The notes beneath the pieces are model-generated. The model did not search any database, had not been told where the DNA came from, and worked only from the letters and a program-made list of their open reading frames with translations. Below are positions 46,907-56,426 of a stretch of 64,000 nt of DNA, one piece after another (position 1 is the first letter of the stretch; every line of letters starts with the position of its first letter). The position numbers and the translations under genes were made by a program. This stretch comes from Candidatus Sericytochromatia bacterium (GTDB taxonomy: Bacteria; Cyanobacteriota; Sericytochromatia; S15B-MN24; UBA4093): positions 1-64,000 of the forward strand of contig JAKFCT010000052.1 in NCBI GenBank assembly GCA_036676495.1. The letters are read 5' to 3'.

Positions 46907-48368
46907 AGACGATGAACTCGGGGCTGCCCTTGGGCCGTGCCTCGAACTCGTCGCGTGCCGCCTGCATGTCGGCGCGTCCCAGGTTGGCGAACATGAAGCG
47001 CTTGTAGGCTTCGACTCCCGGCTGATCCAAGGGGTTGATGCCCATGAGGTAGCCTTCGGCCACGGTCGACAGCTCGAACAGGTAGATCAGCTGTCCCATG
47101 GTGAAGGCGTTGAGCTCCGGGATGTGGAGGGTCATGCTGGGACGTCCCTCGCGGGCGTAGGCATAGACGGTTCCTTCGAGGGCCTTGCGGCTGACCTCCG
47201 AGAGCTTCTTGCCGGCGACGTAGTTCAGGCCGTCGGGGTCGCCTTCCACGAAGGGAACTTCGACGTCCTGACCGGGCGTCGCGACCAGGAGGTTGGTGAC
47301 GACCGTGTTGCGCTGGCCTTCCTGGATCTGCTGCCCGCGGGCGTGCAGGTCGCGGGTGTTGACCGAGGTCACGGGAACGCGGCCCTGCTCTTCCTTGCCG
47401 AGGCTTTCGGCGGCGAGCTGGTCGTACCAGAAGCCGAAGAACTCGAGACGCTTGCTCCAGGCGGCCATCAAGGAGATGTCGTAGCCCTTCTTCACGGCCT
47501 GGACTTGGATCGCGGCATAGAGATAAGCCGGGTTCTGGTGCAGATCCGCCGTGCGGCAGCGTTCGGCCATGAAGCGGGCACCCGCCAGCAGTTCGCGAAT
47601 GTCGATGCCGGCCACGGCGGCGGGCAGCAGGCCGACCGGCGTGAGGACCGAGTAGCGGCCCCCGACGTTATCGGGGATGACGAAGGTCTCGAAGCCTTCC
47701 TTTTTGGCCAGTCCAAGCAGATTGCCCTTGGAGCCATCGGTCGTGGCCACGATGTACGGGGCGTACTCCGCGCCGTAGACCTGCCGCATCCGCTCATGGA
47801 AGATGCGGAAGCTGACGGCGGTTTCAAGCGTGGTCCCGGACTTCGAGATGACGTTGAGGGTGAAGGCCCGCTCGATGCGGTCAGGTCGGGACTCCGGAAG
47901 AATGCCCAGCAGGGCGGCCATGGCGTCGGGGTCGACGTTGTTGCCTTCCCAGTAGATGCGCGGGCGGCCGTTGCGCGCGTCGCGCGGCAGCTCGTTGCGG
48001 TACGGGTGGGTCAGAGCCTCGATGAGGGCCCGTGCGCCCAGGTAGGAGCCGCCGATTCCCATGACGACATGCGTGTCGCCGAGGGAGGCGAGGCGATCCG
48101 CCGCGGCCTGGATGGTCACGAGGACGTCGTCACTCTGATAGGGCAAGTCGAGGAATCCGAGGAAATCGGCTCCGCGGCCCGTGCGCTCGGTGATCTGCCG
48201 GTGAACCTTGTCGACGTCACCTTGCAGACCGAAGATATCCTGGGGATCCAGGCCATAGGCGTCTCCGAGAGTCGGCTTGAGCATGGCATTGAAGTCCAGC
48301 CGGACGGCCATCTTGGTTTGCCATTGGGGGTCGCGGGCTTCGATCGTGGGCATGCGTGATGCGGGCAT
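46905..48368 (-). CDS. pgi: Glucose-6-phosphate isomerase
   Basis: GIGGSYLG, ISKSGTTLET, VGGRYSVLT, AESLGK, DQPGVEAYK. Confidence 0.96.
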   Translation of the reverse strand: MPASRMPTIEARDPQWQTKMAVRLDFNAMLKPTLGDAYGLDPQDIFGLQGDVDKVHRQITERTGRGADFLGFLDLPYQSDDVLVTIQAAADRLASLGDTHVVMGIGGSYLGARALIEALTHPYRNELPRDARNGRPRIYWEGNNVDPDAMAALLGILPESRPDRIERAFTLNVISKSGTTLETAVSFRIFHERMRQVYGAEYAPYIVATTDGSKGNLLGLAKKEGFETFVIPDNVGGRYSVLTPVGLLPAAVAGIDIRELLAGARFMAERCRTADLHQNPAYLYAAIQVQAVKKGYDISLMAAWSKRLEFFGFWYDQLAAESLGKEEQGRVPVTSVNTRDLHARGQQIQEGQRNTVVTNLLVATPGQDVEVPFVEGDPDGLNYVAGKKLSEVSRKALEGTVYAYAREGRPSMTLHIPELNAFTMGQLIYLFELSTVAEGYLMGINPLDQPGVEAYKRFMFANLGRADMQAARDEFEARPKGSPEFIV

Positions 48369-48536
48369 GGGCTCTCCCTTCGGCGTTGGCTCGGTGGGGT
48401 GACGGACGATGGGTTGCCCATCGACCATGGAGGCTTTACACTGGCTTAAGCATAATCAACCGAGCGTTACCTTGCAAACGCCGCGAAAGCCACCCCCCCA
48501 AAGTCGCAGCAACCTACCTGGAGGAGACTCATCACC

Positions 48537-49622
48537 ATGGCCAAGCGTATTGGCATCTCGACCGGCGGTGGAGACGCCCCCGGCCTCAATGCCGTTATCC
48601 GTGCCTTCACCAAGACCGCCATCTCCGAGTTCGGATGGGAAGTCATCGGCATCCGCGATGGCTTCGATGGCCTGATCAAGCCGGATTTCACGATGCCCCT
48701 CGGCCTGGATGACATCCGCGGCATCACTTCCCGGGGCGGGACCATCTTGGGGACCACCAACCGTGGCAATCCCTTCAAGTATCCCGTTCATGAGAACGGA
48801 CAGGTCGTGCTCAAGGACATCTCCGATCAGGTCATGGAGAATTATCATCGCCTGGGCCTCGACGGCATGGTCATCATCGGCGGCGACGGCACCATCGGGA
48901 TCGGTCACCAGCTGGCCAAGAAGGGCATGAAGATCATCGGCGTGCCCAAGACCATCGATAACGACCTCTCCTCGACGGACCAGACCTTCGGCTTCGACAC
49001 CGCCGTGAACACGGCCACCGAGGCGATCGACAAGCTGATCACGACCGCCGAGAGCCATCACCGGGTCATGGTGGTGGAGGTCATGGGGCGCGATGCCGGC
49101 TGGATCGCCTTGTACTCGGGCATTGCCGGTGCGGTCAACGTCGTGCTGATTCCCGAGATCCCCTTCGATATCCAGCATGTCGCCGACGAAGTTTACAAGC
49201 GCTCGGAAGCCGGAAAGAGCTACTCGATCGTGGTCGTGGCCGAAGGCGCCAAGCCCAAGGGCGGAGACGTGATCTACGCGGAATTCGATCCGACCAAGGG
49301 CGTCGCTCGCCTGGGAGGAGTCGGCAACTGGGTCGGCAGCCAGATTTCCGAGCGCACCGGCCTCGAGACCCGCGTCACCGTCCTGGGCCATATCCAGCGC
49401 GGCGGATCCCCCACGCCCTTCGACCGGATCCTGGCGACCCGCTACGGCACGCATGCCGCCCACCTGATCAACGAGGACAAGTTCGATCAGATGGTCATCC
49501 TGCGGGGCGGCAAGATCATGGGGGCCCCGATTTCCGAGGCCGTGGCCCAGATCAAGTGCGTGAATCCCGACGGCGATGAGGTCATGGTCGCCAAGGACAC
49601 CGGCATTTATTTCGGCGATTAG
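48537..49622 (+). CDS. pfkA: 6-phosphofructokinase (group III, probably ATP-dependent)
   Basis: TGGGDAPGLN, GGTILGT, GGDGT, PKTIDND, EVMGR, LGHIQRGG. Confidence 0.96.
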   Translation: MAKRIGISTGGGDAPGLNAVIRAFTKTAISEFGWEVIGIRDGFDGLIKPDFTMPLGLDDIRGITSRGGTILGTTNRGNPFKYPVHENGQVVLKDISDQVMENYHRLGLDGMVIIGGDGTIGIGHQLAKKGMKIIGVPKTIDNDLSSTDQTFGFDTAVNTATEAIDKLITTAESHHRVMVVEVMGRDAGWIALYSGIAGAVNVVLIPEIPFDIQHVADEVYKRSEAGKSYSIVVVAEGAKPKGGDVIYAEFDPTKGVARLGGVGNWVGSQISERTGLETRVTVLGHIQRGGSPTPFDRILATRYGTHAAHLINEDKFDQMVILRGGKIMGAPISEAVAQIKCVNPDGDEVMVAKDTGIYFGD

Positions 49623-49649
49623 CCTCCAGAAACTGGGGTTCGGCCGCGA

Positions 49650-50210
49650 CTAGCTGTGGCTGGTCTTGGGAGCACGTGAAACGGCGGACGTCTCGACGAG
49701 GCGTCCGCCTCGTCGTTGAATGATCGTCCGGACCTGTTCGTCGAGGGCCGCCGGGGATTCGACGGTCAGGATGTAGTGGGAGTGCAAGGGCTTCTCGGCC
49801 GAGCGACGTCCCAGGATGCCCCAGGCTTCGGCCACCGTCGCGGCGAGCATCCCTCCCAGGATGGCGCCGCTGAGACTCCAGCAGGCAATGATGAAGAGCC
49901 TGAGCATCCAGTCGAAGAGGCTGAACGTCACGGGATCGCTGGCCGCCCGCTCGGCTCCCGGCACGGCATCGAGCGGCCAGAAGACCGCGGCGACCCCCAG
50001 GGCAATCCCGAGCAAGGCGCCAAGGCCTTGTCCAATGGGCAAGCTTTCGCAGCTTCCCGGGGAGAGCGCGTCTCGCTCGTAGGCGCAGGCGGGACAGTCG
50101 TCGTCGAAGGTCAAGGAGAGCTGACTCTGGGCGATTCCGGAACCCTCCAGCTGTCGGCAAACGCGCTCCGCGGATTCGAGGTTCACAAAGACGCCGCTCA
50201 GAGTCTTCAT
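49650..50210 (-). CDS. Hypothetical membrane protein (general-stress/YflT-like architecture)
   Basis: MKTLSGVF..ESAERVCRQL...G, two Gly-rich TM segments, LTVE...IIQRRGG; purine-rich RBS. Confidence 0.7.
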   Translation of the reverse strand: MKTLSGVFVNLESAERVCRQLEGSGIAQSQLSLTFDDDCPACAYERDALSPGSCESLPIGQGLGALLGIALGVAAVFWPLDAVPGAERAASDPVTFSLFDWMLRLFIIACWSLSGAILGGMLAATVAEAWGILGRRSAEKPLHSHYILTVESPAALDEQVRTIIQRRGGRLVETSAVSRAPKTSHS

Positions 50211-50480
50211 GCGTGCTTCCCCCCTTCTACCGGCATTTTCCTGGATCGGTTCACTCACGGCCTTGCAGGCATCGCCCCAAAGCAGCCGGTCGCCGTTTTC
50301 ACCGGCATGTGGGTCGATGACAAAGCCGACAGCGAACTGGTCTAGGGGTAACATATCCCCACCCTCTGAACAATCGCCGCTTCTCACCTCGGGCGCGCAT
50401 CGTTTCCCTGCTTGGCCGATTCCTTGCCCGCTCGGGTATGAGGAGCTTGGTTCCCTGCCCTGCGCTTGGAGATTTCCGGG

Positions 50481-52202
50481 ATGAATCCGCTCGTCGAAAA
50501 AGGCATCAAAGCCTTCCAGGCCAATCGCTACGCGGAGGCGATCGCCTTCTATGAAGAGGCCCTCGCCGCAGAAGTGAGCGATCCCCGCCTCCACGTGCTC
50601 TTGGCCAGCGCCTATCACCACAACGGCCAACTGGAGCTGGCCCGCAACCACTACGAGATCGCGCTCGACCGGAGCGATGCCGAAGCGATCCTGCGCGCCG
50701 CCCAGGCCGGACTCTCCAAGGTCGTCCAGGGAGTGGTGCCTCGCCGCGATCCTGTCGTCTCGACGGACGGGCTTCGACTTCCCGCGCGCCCCCGGGATGG
50801 CCTCTTGGCCTGTCCGCATTGTGGCGAGGTCCTGGTCAAGCAGGCCTGCGTCTGCGGCTTCCTGCTCACGGATCCGGAGCGGCTCGGCCTGGATCTCGTG
50901 CAACGCTACTGCGAACAGGCTGAAGTCGTCATGTTCGCGCGCCTGGGTCTCGATACCTACCTGATCGACCGGGACCGGGTCTGTTACCGGACCGCCAACG
51001 ATCAACTCGCGGCCATCGACCCCCGGATGGTCTTTCGGCCTCTTCACGGCATGCCGATGATCCGCAAGAGCGAGCTTCAGCCGATATCCCCCTTTCAGTC
51101 CCTCTGGGTGGCCTACCCGCGCCCGGGCCAACCAGGCGAGCCTCGCCCGTACACCTGGGAAGCCTTCGTTCAGGCCGTCTCGGACAAGCTGGCCGTGGAG
51201 CTTCCCGAACGCTTGAGCGCCTTCGATGCGCGGCGCCTCTTCGCCACGTTTCGCCTGCTCCCACCCGGCGAGCTTTCCCGCATCCAAGATGACGCCCAGC
51301 GCTGGGGCCTCTCGTTTGGCCAGGGCCTCATGCGGGCGACCAACATGCCGCCCGAATCGCTCTTGCAGGAGATGCAGGGGGCGGGCTCCTACTTCAGGCC
51401 CTCCAATCGGATGGCCAACTCGCTGGGATGGGACCTCATGTCGGACGGCCTGCTGGAACCTGACGAACTTCGCGAGGCCATCACCCGCCAGGTGGAGTAT
51501 CCCAAGCCGCTGATTCAGCTGATCCTCGCGAGCACTCCGCTCTCCCCGGAAGAGGTGGAGCCGGTCGCAGAGGCCGCACGCCAGCGCAAGGTGACCCGGA
51601 CTCAGCGCGATCGCCTCGGGGAGATCCTGATTCGCCAAGGCGCGCTCTCGCGGGCCCACCTTCAGGATGCGCTGGATCGCCAGGCTCGCCTCCCGGGGAC
51701 GCCCTTGGGAGAGCTCCTCCGCGACATGGGAGTGTCGGGGAGGGTGATCGACGATGCGCTGCAGCGCCAGCGGATCAAGGATCAGTTTCGCTACGGGGGG
51801 CAGGCCCGCCTCGGAGAGATCCTGGTGAAGCGCGGCGCCATCAGCCGCCAGCAACTTCTCGAGGCCTTGCTCGCTCAGATTGACCAGCCCTTGCCGCTCG
51901 GCGAGATCCTCATTCGTCGGGGCATGGCGTCGCCGGAGCAGATTTACCTGGCGCTCGAGCAGCAGGAGACGACGTTCGACGAACTGGTCGAGAGCGAACG
52001 GGCCATGGAGTTGCAGGATCAGGCGCCCGGGGCGCCGTCGCTGACGCTCTCGATTGATCTGGAGCGGGAGAAGCAACGTCTTCATCAGCTCTGGGGTGGC
52101 CTCAAGACCGGTTTCAAGGCCGGGGTCAAGGAGGTCAAGACGGCCATCGAGGCGGTCCGGGAGTACGAGGCGGCCAAGCGCGATGAGGCGCAAGACGCGT
52201 GA
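50481..52202 (+). CDS. TPR + Cys-cluster + tandem MshEN-like repeat protein
   Basis: N-terminal TPRs, CPHC...CVC, and RLGEILIRQGALS..LQDALDRQ / RLGEILVKRGAIS..LLEALLAQ motifs; no ATPase motifs. Confidence 0.85.
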   Translation: MNPLVEKGIKAFQANRYAEAIAFYEEALAAEVSDPRLHVLLASAYHHNGQLELARNHYEIALDRSDAEAILRAAQAGLSKVVQGVVPRRDPVVSTDGLRLPARPRDGLLACPHCGEVLVKQACVCGFLLTDPERLGLDLVQRYCEQAEVVMFARLGLDTYLIDRDRVCYRTANDQLAAIDPRMVFRPLHGMPMIRKSELQPISPFQSLWVAYPRPGQPGEPRPYTWEAFVQAVSDKLAVELPERLSAFDARRLFATFRLLPPGELSRIQDDAQRWGLSFGQGLMRATNMPPESLLQEMQGAGSYFRPSNRMANSLGWDLMSDGLLEPDELREAITRQVEYPKPLIQLILASTPLSPEEVEPVAEAARQRKVTRTQRDRLGEILIRQGALSRAHLQDALDRQARLPGTPLGELLRDMGVSGRVIDDALQRQRIKDQFRYGGQARLGEILVKRGAISRQQLLEALLAQIDQPLPLGEILIRRGMASPEQIYLALEQQETTFDELVESERAMELQDQAPGAPSLTLSIDLEREKQRLHQLWGGLKTGFKAGVKEVKTAIEAVREYEAAKRDEAQDA

Positions 52203-52241
52203 GGGCCTCCGGATTCTCGCCATTGCGGGTAGAATAGGGGC

Positions 52242-55200
52242 ATGCCCCACTTACCTCTCATCAATCGAAAGCTGCTGCCACCGAAGGTGCCGGCTTCCTA
52301 TGTGCGAAGAGATCGCCTGATCGACCGCCTTGAGGCCGGTCAGGATCCGCGCATCAAGCTGACCTTGGTGAGCGCGGGGCCCGGTTACGGCAAGAGCACG
52401 CTGGTGGCCGATTACGTGGCCGAGAGCGGCGCGCCGGGCTGCTGGCTGAACCTCGAGCCGCATGATGCCGATCCGTCGACGTTCCTGAGCTACCTGATCG
52501 GCGGCTGTTACCGGAACTGGCCCGGTGAGGCGTCGCGGGCCCTGGAATTGCTGCATACCGCTTCGAACCCCGCGGCGATCCTGCCCAGCCTGATGGGGCT
52601 TTTCGCCGAGGAATTGTCCGAGCGCGTCGGCGAGCGTTTCGTGCTCGTCCTCGACGACTTCCATGCCGTGCAGCATGCCGAGCCGGTGGTGGCGGCCGTC
52701 GAGGCCCTCATCGCCTACCTGCCGGAAGCCGTTCAGCTCATCGTCGTTTCGCGCAAGGACCCTCCGTTCAAGCTGCCCCAGCTGCGGGTCCGCCAGCAGC
52801 TGGTCGAACTCGGGATCCCGCAGCTGCGCTTCAGCCTCGAGGAGATTGCCGCGCTGTTCCGTGCCCTGACCGGCATGGCCTTGAGTCCCGAAGAGCAAGG
52901 AACCCTTTCGGCGTCGACCGAAGGCTGGGCGGCCAGCCTCGTCATGGCGGCTTACGCCTCTCAGGGCGGCTCGCTGGCCCAGGGGCTCGGTGAGGGCCGG
53001 ACGCTCTTTTTCGAGTACCTGGCCCAGGAGGTCTTCGACCAGCAGCCGGAGGAGGTCCGAGAGTTCTTGCTCCGCACGGCGCTCATGCCGACCCTGGACG
53101 TTTCGGTCTGCCGCGAAGAGCTGGGGATCGTGGGCATCGACGAGATGGTGGCCGGTTTGCTGCGCTCCAACATGCTCTTGACCCGCGCTTCCGCCGAAGC
53201 CACGGAGTACTACTACCATCCGACGCTTCAGGCCTTCCTCAAGGAAAAGGCGCGCGCCTCCTGGTCCGAGCAGGAGATTCAGGCGATCGCCCTCAAGCTC
53301 GGCAAGCGCCTCACGGAGCGCGCTCCCGAAGATGCCCTGAGGCTGTTCTTCGATGGCGGCCTCTGGGAGGACGCGGCGGAGACCCTGGCCAACCTGGCCC
53401 CGGTCTACCTCTCCCAAGGCCGGGTCACGGCCTTGGAGCAGCTGCTGGGGCAGTTTCCCCCCGAGGTGGCGCACGCGAATTCCCGGCTCAACCTCTATCA
53501 CGGGGAAGTCTGTCGTGCACTGGGCCGCTTCGACGAGGCCTTGCGCCATTACGAGGCGGCTGAACGCCTGGCTGGCGAGCAAAAGGACCCCTCCGCGGCG
53601 GGCCATGCATTGGCCTTCCAGGCCGCTATCTGGGGCAGCCGGGGAGATTCCCGTCTGAGGAGCTTGGCGACCAAGGCCCTAGAGTTGCTGCCCGAATCCG
53701 ATCAGGCGGGACGGGCCTTCGCCGAGAATGCCCTGGGCCTGTCCTACCAGATGGCCAACGACATGAACCGGGCCCTCGAGCATTTCGAGCGGGCCCGAGA
53801 GCTTTACCTCGCGCTGGGAGACGCGGCGGGCCTGAGCAAGGCCCTGCATAATGTGGCGCTCGCCACGTTCCGCCAGGGGGACATCGACCGGGCGCGGGCC
53901 ACCTACAAGGAAGCCATCCGACAGGCGGAACGGGCGGGACGGCGTGGCTACCCCGCGACCTACAGCAACCTCGCCATCGTTCACCTGGCCTTGGGGGAGT
54001 TCGATGAGGCCCGGACCATCGCCGAAGAGGGCCTGATGCTCGCTCAGGCGCTCGGCGCCCGCCGCGATGAGGGCTGGACCTTGTTGACGCTGGGCGAAGT
54101 CGCGAGTGCCCAAGGCCAGCCGATGCGGGCACTCAATTACTTTGCGCGAACCCGCGAGGTCGCGGTCTCGCTGGGTGACCGCGTGCTCGAAGCTCAGGCG
54201 CTCTCGGGTGAAGCGGAGCTTTCCCGCCTGCAAGGCCAAAAGGATCGGGCCTGGGAGTTGATGCAGCTCGCGATCTCCTTGAGAGGCCTACCTGCCGAGG
54301 ACCCGGCGATGGTCGACTTCCAGATTCCCCTGGGAGTGCTCTGCATGGAGCGCGGCGAGCATGCGCGCGCGCAGGAGCTGCTGAGGCTGGCGCGCGAGAC
54401 CCTGGCGTCGCAGGGGTACCGCTACCGGCTCGCGCAGCTGCGTTTTTACGAGGCGCGCCTGAGCCAGGCCACCGGAAACGCGGACGAGGCCCGGGCGATT
54501 GCACAAGAAGCCCGCAGGCTTTGCGAGGCGAACGGCTATCACTACCTGATCATGACCCAGGGAGGCTGGGAGGGAGCGGCCAAGGAGCTGCCGCCGGACC
54601 TGGTCACGGTGCTGCCGCAGACCCCCGATCTTCAGATCCGGGCGCTGGGCGAGCTCGAGGTCGTCAACGCGAACGGGGCAATCGCCCCCAAGCAATGGCA
54701 AGGCTCCAAGACCAAGCTCTTGCTGGCGTGCTTGCTCCAGCACCGGCAGGGAGTGACCCGCGAGCAACTCGCCGAAGAGCTTTACGGAGAAGAAGACGTC
54801 TCCCGCTCCGCCATCCTGATGCTCATCAGCCGCTTGCGGCAGGCCCTGGAGCCCGACCTCGCCAAGAACGCTCCGTCCCGCTTCGTCCAGTGGCGGGAAG
54901 GGCGCTACTGGTTCAACTTCGACGCCCATTACACGCTGGATGCCGACGAGTTCACCTACCACCTGGCCCAAGCCAAGCGGGAGGGCCTGTCGGCCGACGA
55001 TCGGATCTCCGAGCTCGGAAAGGCCCTGGATCGTTACCGCGGACGCTACATGAACGATCTGGCGAATTCCGGAGCGCTCTGGCTGATCGGAGTGCAGGAG
55101 CATCTTCACCAGCTCGCGATGGCGGCTTACGGCACGCTCTTCGAGGAGCTCCAGGCCTTGGAGCGCTACGAGGACGCACTGCAGCGCGCAGAGCAATGTC

Positions 55201-55388
55201 TTGCGGTGGATCGCTGCTCGGAGCCTGCTCACCAGGCTAAGATGCGGGCGCTCTTGGCCCTCGGAAACCGCACGGGCGCCTTGCGCCACTACCAGCAACT
55301 CATCGACATCCTCGACACCGACCTGGGCATTGCCCCGGATGCCTCGTCGAGACGCCTTTTTGAGCAGATTCAAGCCGGCATCTCCTGA
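52242..55388 (+). CDS. MalT-like STAND NTPase-TPR-wHTH-BTAD transcriptional regulator
   Basis: KLLPP..RDRL, AGPGYGKST Walker A, LVLDDFH Walker B, TEGW, TPR array, IRALG..ISRLRQALEP and EPAHQAKM..ALRHYQ (BTAD). Confidence 0.93.
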   Translation: MPHLPLINRKLLPPKVPASYVRRDRLIDRLEAGQDPRIKLTLVSAGPGYGKSTLVADYVAESGAPGCWLNLEPHDADPSTFLSYLIGGCYRNWPGEASRALELLHTASNPAAILPSLMGLFAEELSERVGERFVLVLDDFHAVQHAEPVVAAVEALIAYLPEAVQLIVVSRKDPPFKLPQLRVRQQLVELGIPQLRFSLEEIAALFRALTGMALSPEEQGTLSASTEGWAASLVMAAYASQGGSLAQGLGEGRTLFFEYLAQEVFDQQPEEVREFLLRTALMPTLDVSVCREELGIVGIDEMVAGLLRSNMLLTRASAEATEYYYHPTLQAFLKEKARASWSEQEIQAIALKLGKRLTERAPEDALRLFFDGGLWEDAAETLANLAPVYLSQGRVTALEQLLGQFPPEVAHANSRLNLYHGEVCRALGRFDEALRHYEAAERLAGEQKDPSAAGHALAFQAAIWGSRGDSRLRSLATKALELLPESDQAGRAFAENALGLSYQMANDMNRALEHFERARELYLALGDAAGLSKALHNVALATFRQGDIDRARATYKEAIRQAERAGRRGYPATYSNLAIVHLALGEFDEARTIAEEGLMLAQALGARRDEGWTLLTLGEVASAQGQPMRALNYFARTREVAVSLGDRVLEAQALSGEAELSRLQGQKDRAWELMQLAISLRGLPAEDPAMVDFQIPLGVLCMERGEHARAQELLRLARETLASQGYRYRLAQLRFYEARLSQATGNADEARAIAQEARRLCEANGYHYLIMTQGGWEGAAKELPPDLVTVLPQTPDLQIRALGELEVVNANGAIAPKQWQGSKTKLLLACLLQHRQGVTREQLAEELYGEEDVSRSAILMLISRLRQALEPDLAKNAPSRFVQWREGRYWFNFDAHYTLDADEFTYHLAQAKREGLSADDRISELGKALDRYRGRYMNDLANSGALWLIGVQEHLHQLAMAAYGTLFEELQALERYEDALQRAEQCLAVDRCSEPAHQAKMRALLALGNRTGALRHYQQLIDILDTDLGIAPDASSRRLFEQIQAGIS

Positions 55389-55408
55389 AGACGTCCAGCG
55401 GAGACCTG

Positions 55409-55444
55409 GGCCCCGGAGCTTCAATGCGAAGCTCCGGGGCCTTT
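55409..55444 (+). terminator. Intrinsic terminator after the regulator
   Basis: GGCCCCGGAGCTTC-aatgc-GAAGCTCCGGGGCC-TTT. Confidence 0.75.
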
Positions 55445-55568
55445 CCGTTGGGGGCATAACCAAAATTTAACCGATCAAAATCGACTGCTTGCTCGTCATG
55501 TGATCAACCACGTGATCGCTTGCACGTAGTCTACGCTCAGGAACGGTTGAAACCGACAGGAGGTCGCT

Positions 55569-56402
55569 ATGATTCGCCCGACGCTTTACACTCTGCTGGC
55601 CACCACCGCGCTGGTGACGTCCCTTTCGGGATGCGTGATCGTCGACAAGAACCCGACATCGATGGTGGGCTATCCCGGGGCGACCGAGCCGAGCTCGGTG
55701 AGCAAGCGCTACCCCTGGGATCAGATCACGACGATGGAGGGCTCGACTCTTTACGACGCGCATCACCAGGTGAAGCGCTACTTGACCCTGCACTTCCCGG
55801 ACGCCAAGCTGGTCTCCGTGAAGGCCATGCAGGTCGGCGCCAACGGCAAGATCGCCAAGACCAGCTCCTGGCAGTTCACCTACCAGGCGATGGTCCGCAA
55901 GCAGCCGGACCCGACCCCCTCGCCGTCGCCCACTCCGAGCGTCCAGGCAGTCGAGATCCCGACCCTGTATGACGTTCGCCTGCTCACCTTCACGTTCACC
56001 GGCGACGGCAAGCTCCTGGCTCCCGAGGCGGATACCGTCTCCACGGACTCGGGCGTGACCATCGACTTCGACCGGGTGCTCTACTTCAACAAGGTGATCG
56101 AGACCTGCCTGGACATCGGCATGGGCATGGGGCCCGCCGGCATGCAGATTGCCTTGCGCCCGACCTCGAGCGGGGGGGCCGTCTACGAGATCGACACCTC
56201 GGTCTCCGGACGGGAAATCATGGCGCATACGTCCAGCTCCGGCAGCTACTGGTACGAGGATTTCTACTACGACGAGCCCAGCTACTCCTACCAGAAGCCG
56301 CAGCCCACTCCCACGCCGACCGTGTCGACGCAGTACTATCGGGGTAAGTACGTGATAAACGCCTACACGGGCGATATCATCGAACGTCCTACCCGGCTGT
56401 AG
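55569..56402 (+). CDS. Hypothetical lipoprotein (PepSY-like C-terminal motif)
   Basis: AGGAGG RBS, LSGC lipobox, PT linkers, terminal YVINAYTGDII. Confidence 0.85.
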   Translation: MIRPTLYTLLATTALVTSLSGCVIVDKNPTSMVGYPGATEPSSVSKRYPWDQITTMEGSTLYDAHHQVKRYLTLHFPDAKLVSVKAMQVGANGKIAKTSSWQFTYQAMVRKQPDPTPSPSPTPSVQAVEIPTLYDVRLLTFTFTGDGKLLAPEADTVSTDSGVTIDFDRVLYFNKVIETCLDIGMGMGPAGMQIALRPTSSGGAVYEIDTSVSGREIMAHTSSSGSYWYEDFYYDEPSYSYQKPQPTPTPTVSTQYYRGKYVINAYTGDIIERPTRL

Positions 56403-56426
56403 CCGGGTAGGGATAGGGGGTACCGG

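Noticed and set aside
48472-48512. c-di-GMP-I (GEMM) riboswitch-like GCAAAC..GAAA..CAAAG before pfkA
   Set aside because: The stem around GAAA does not pair beyond about 2 bp, and the second hairpin is absent
49650-52250. 866-aa minus-strand ORF
   Set aside because: Only the last 186 codons (from 50210) look coding; the rest is antisense to the TPR-MshEN gene
52242-55388. Avs-type antiphage STAND system
   Set aside because: No nuclease, TIR, SIR2 or protease effector domain; the C-terminal wHTH-BTAD indicates a transcriptional regulator
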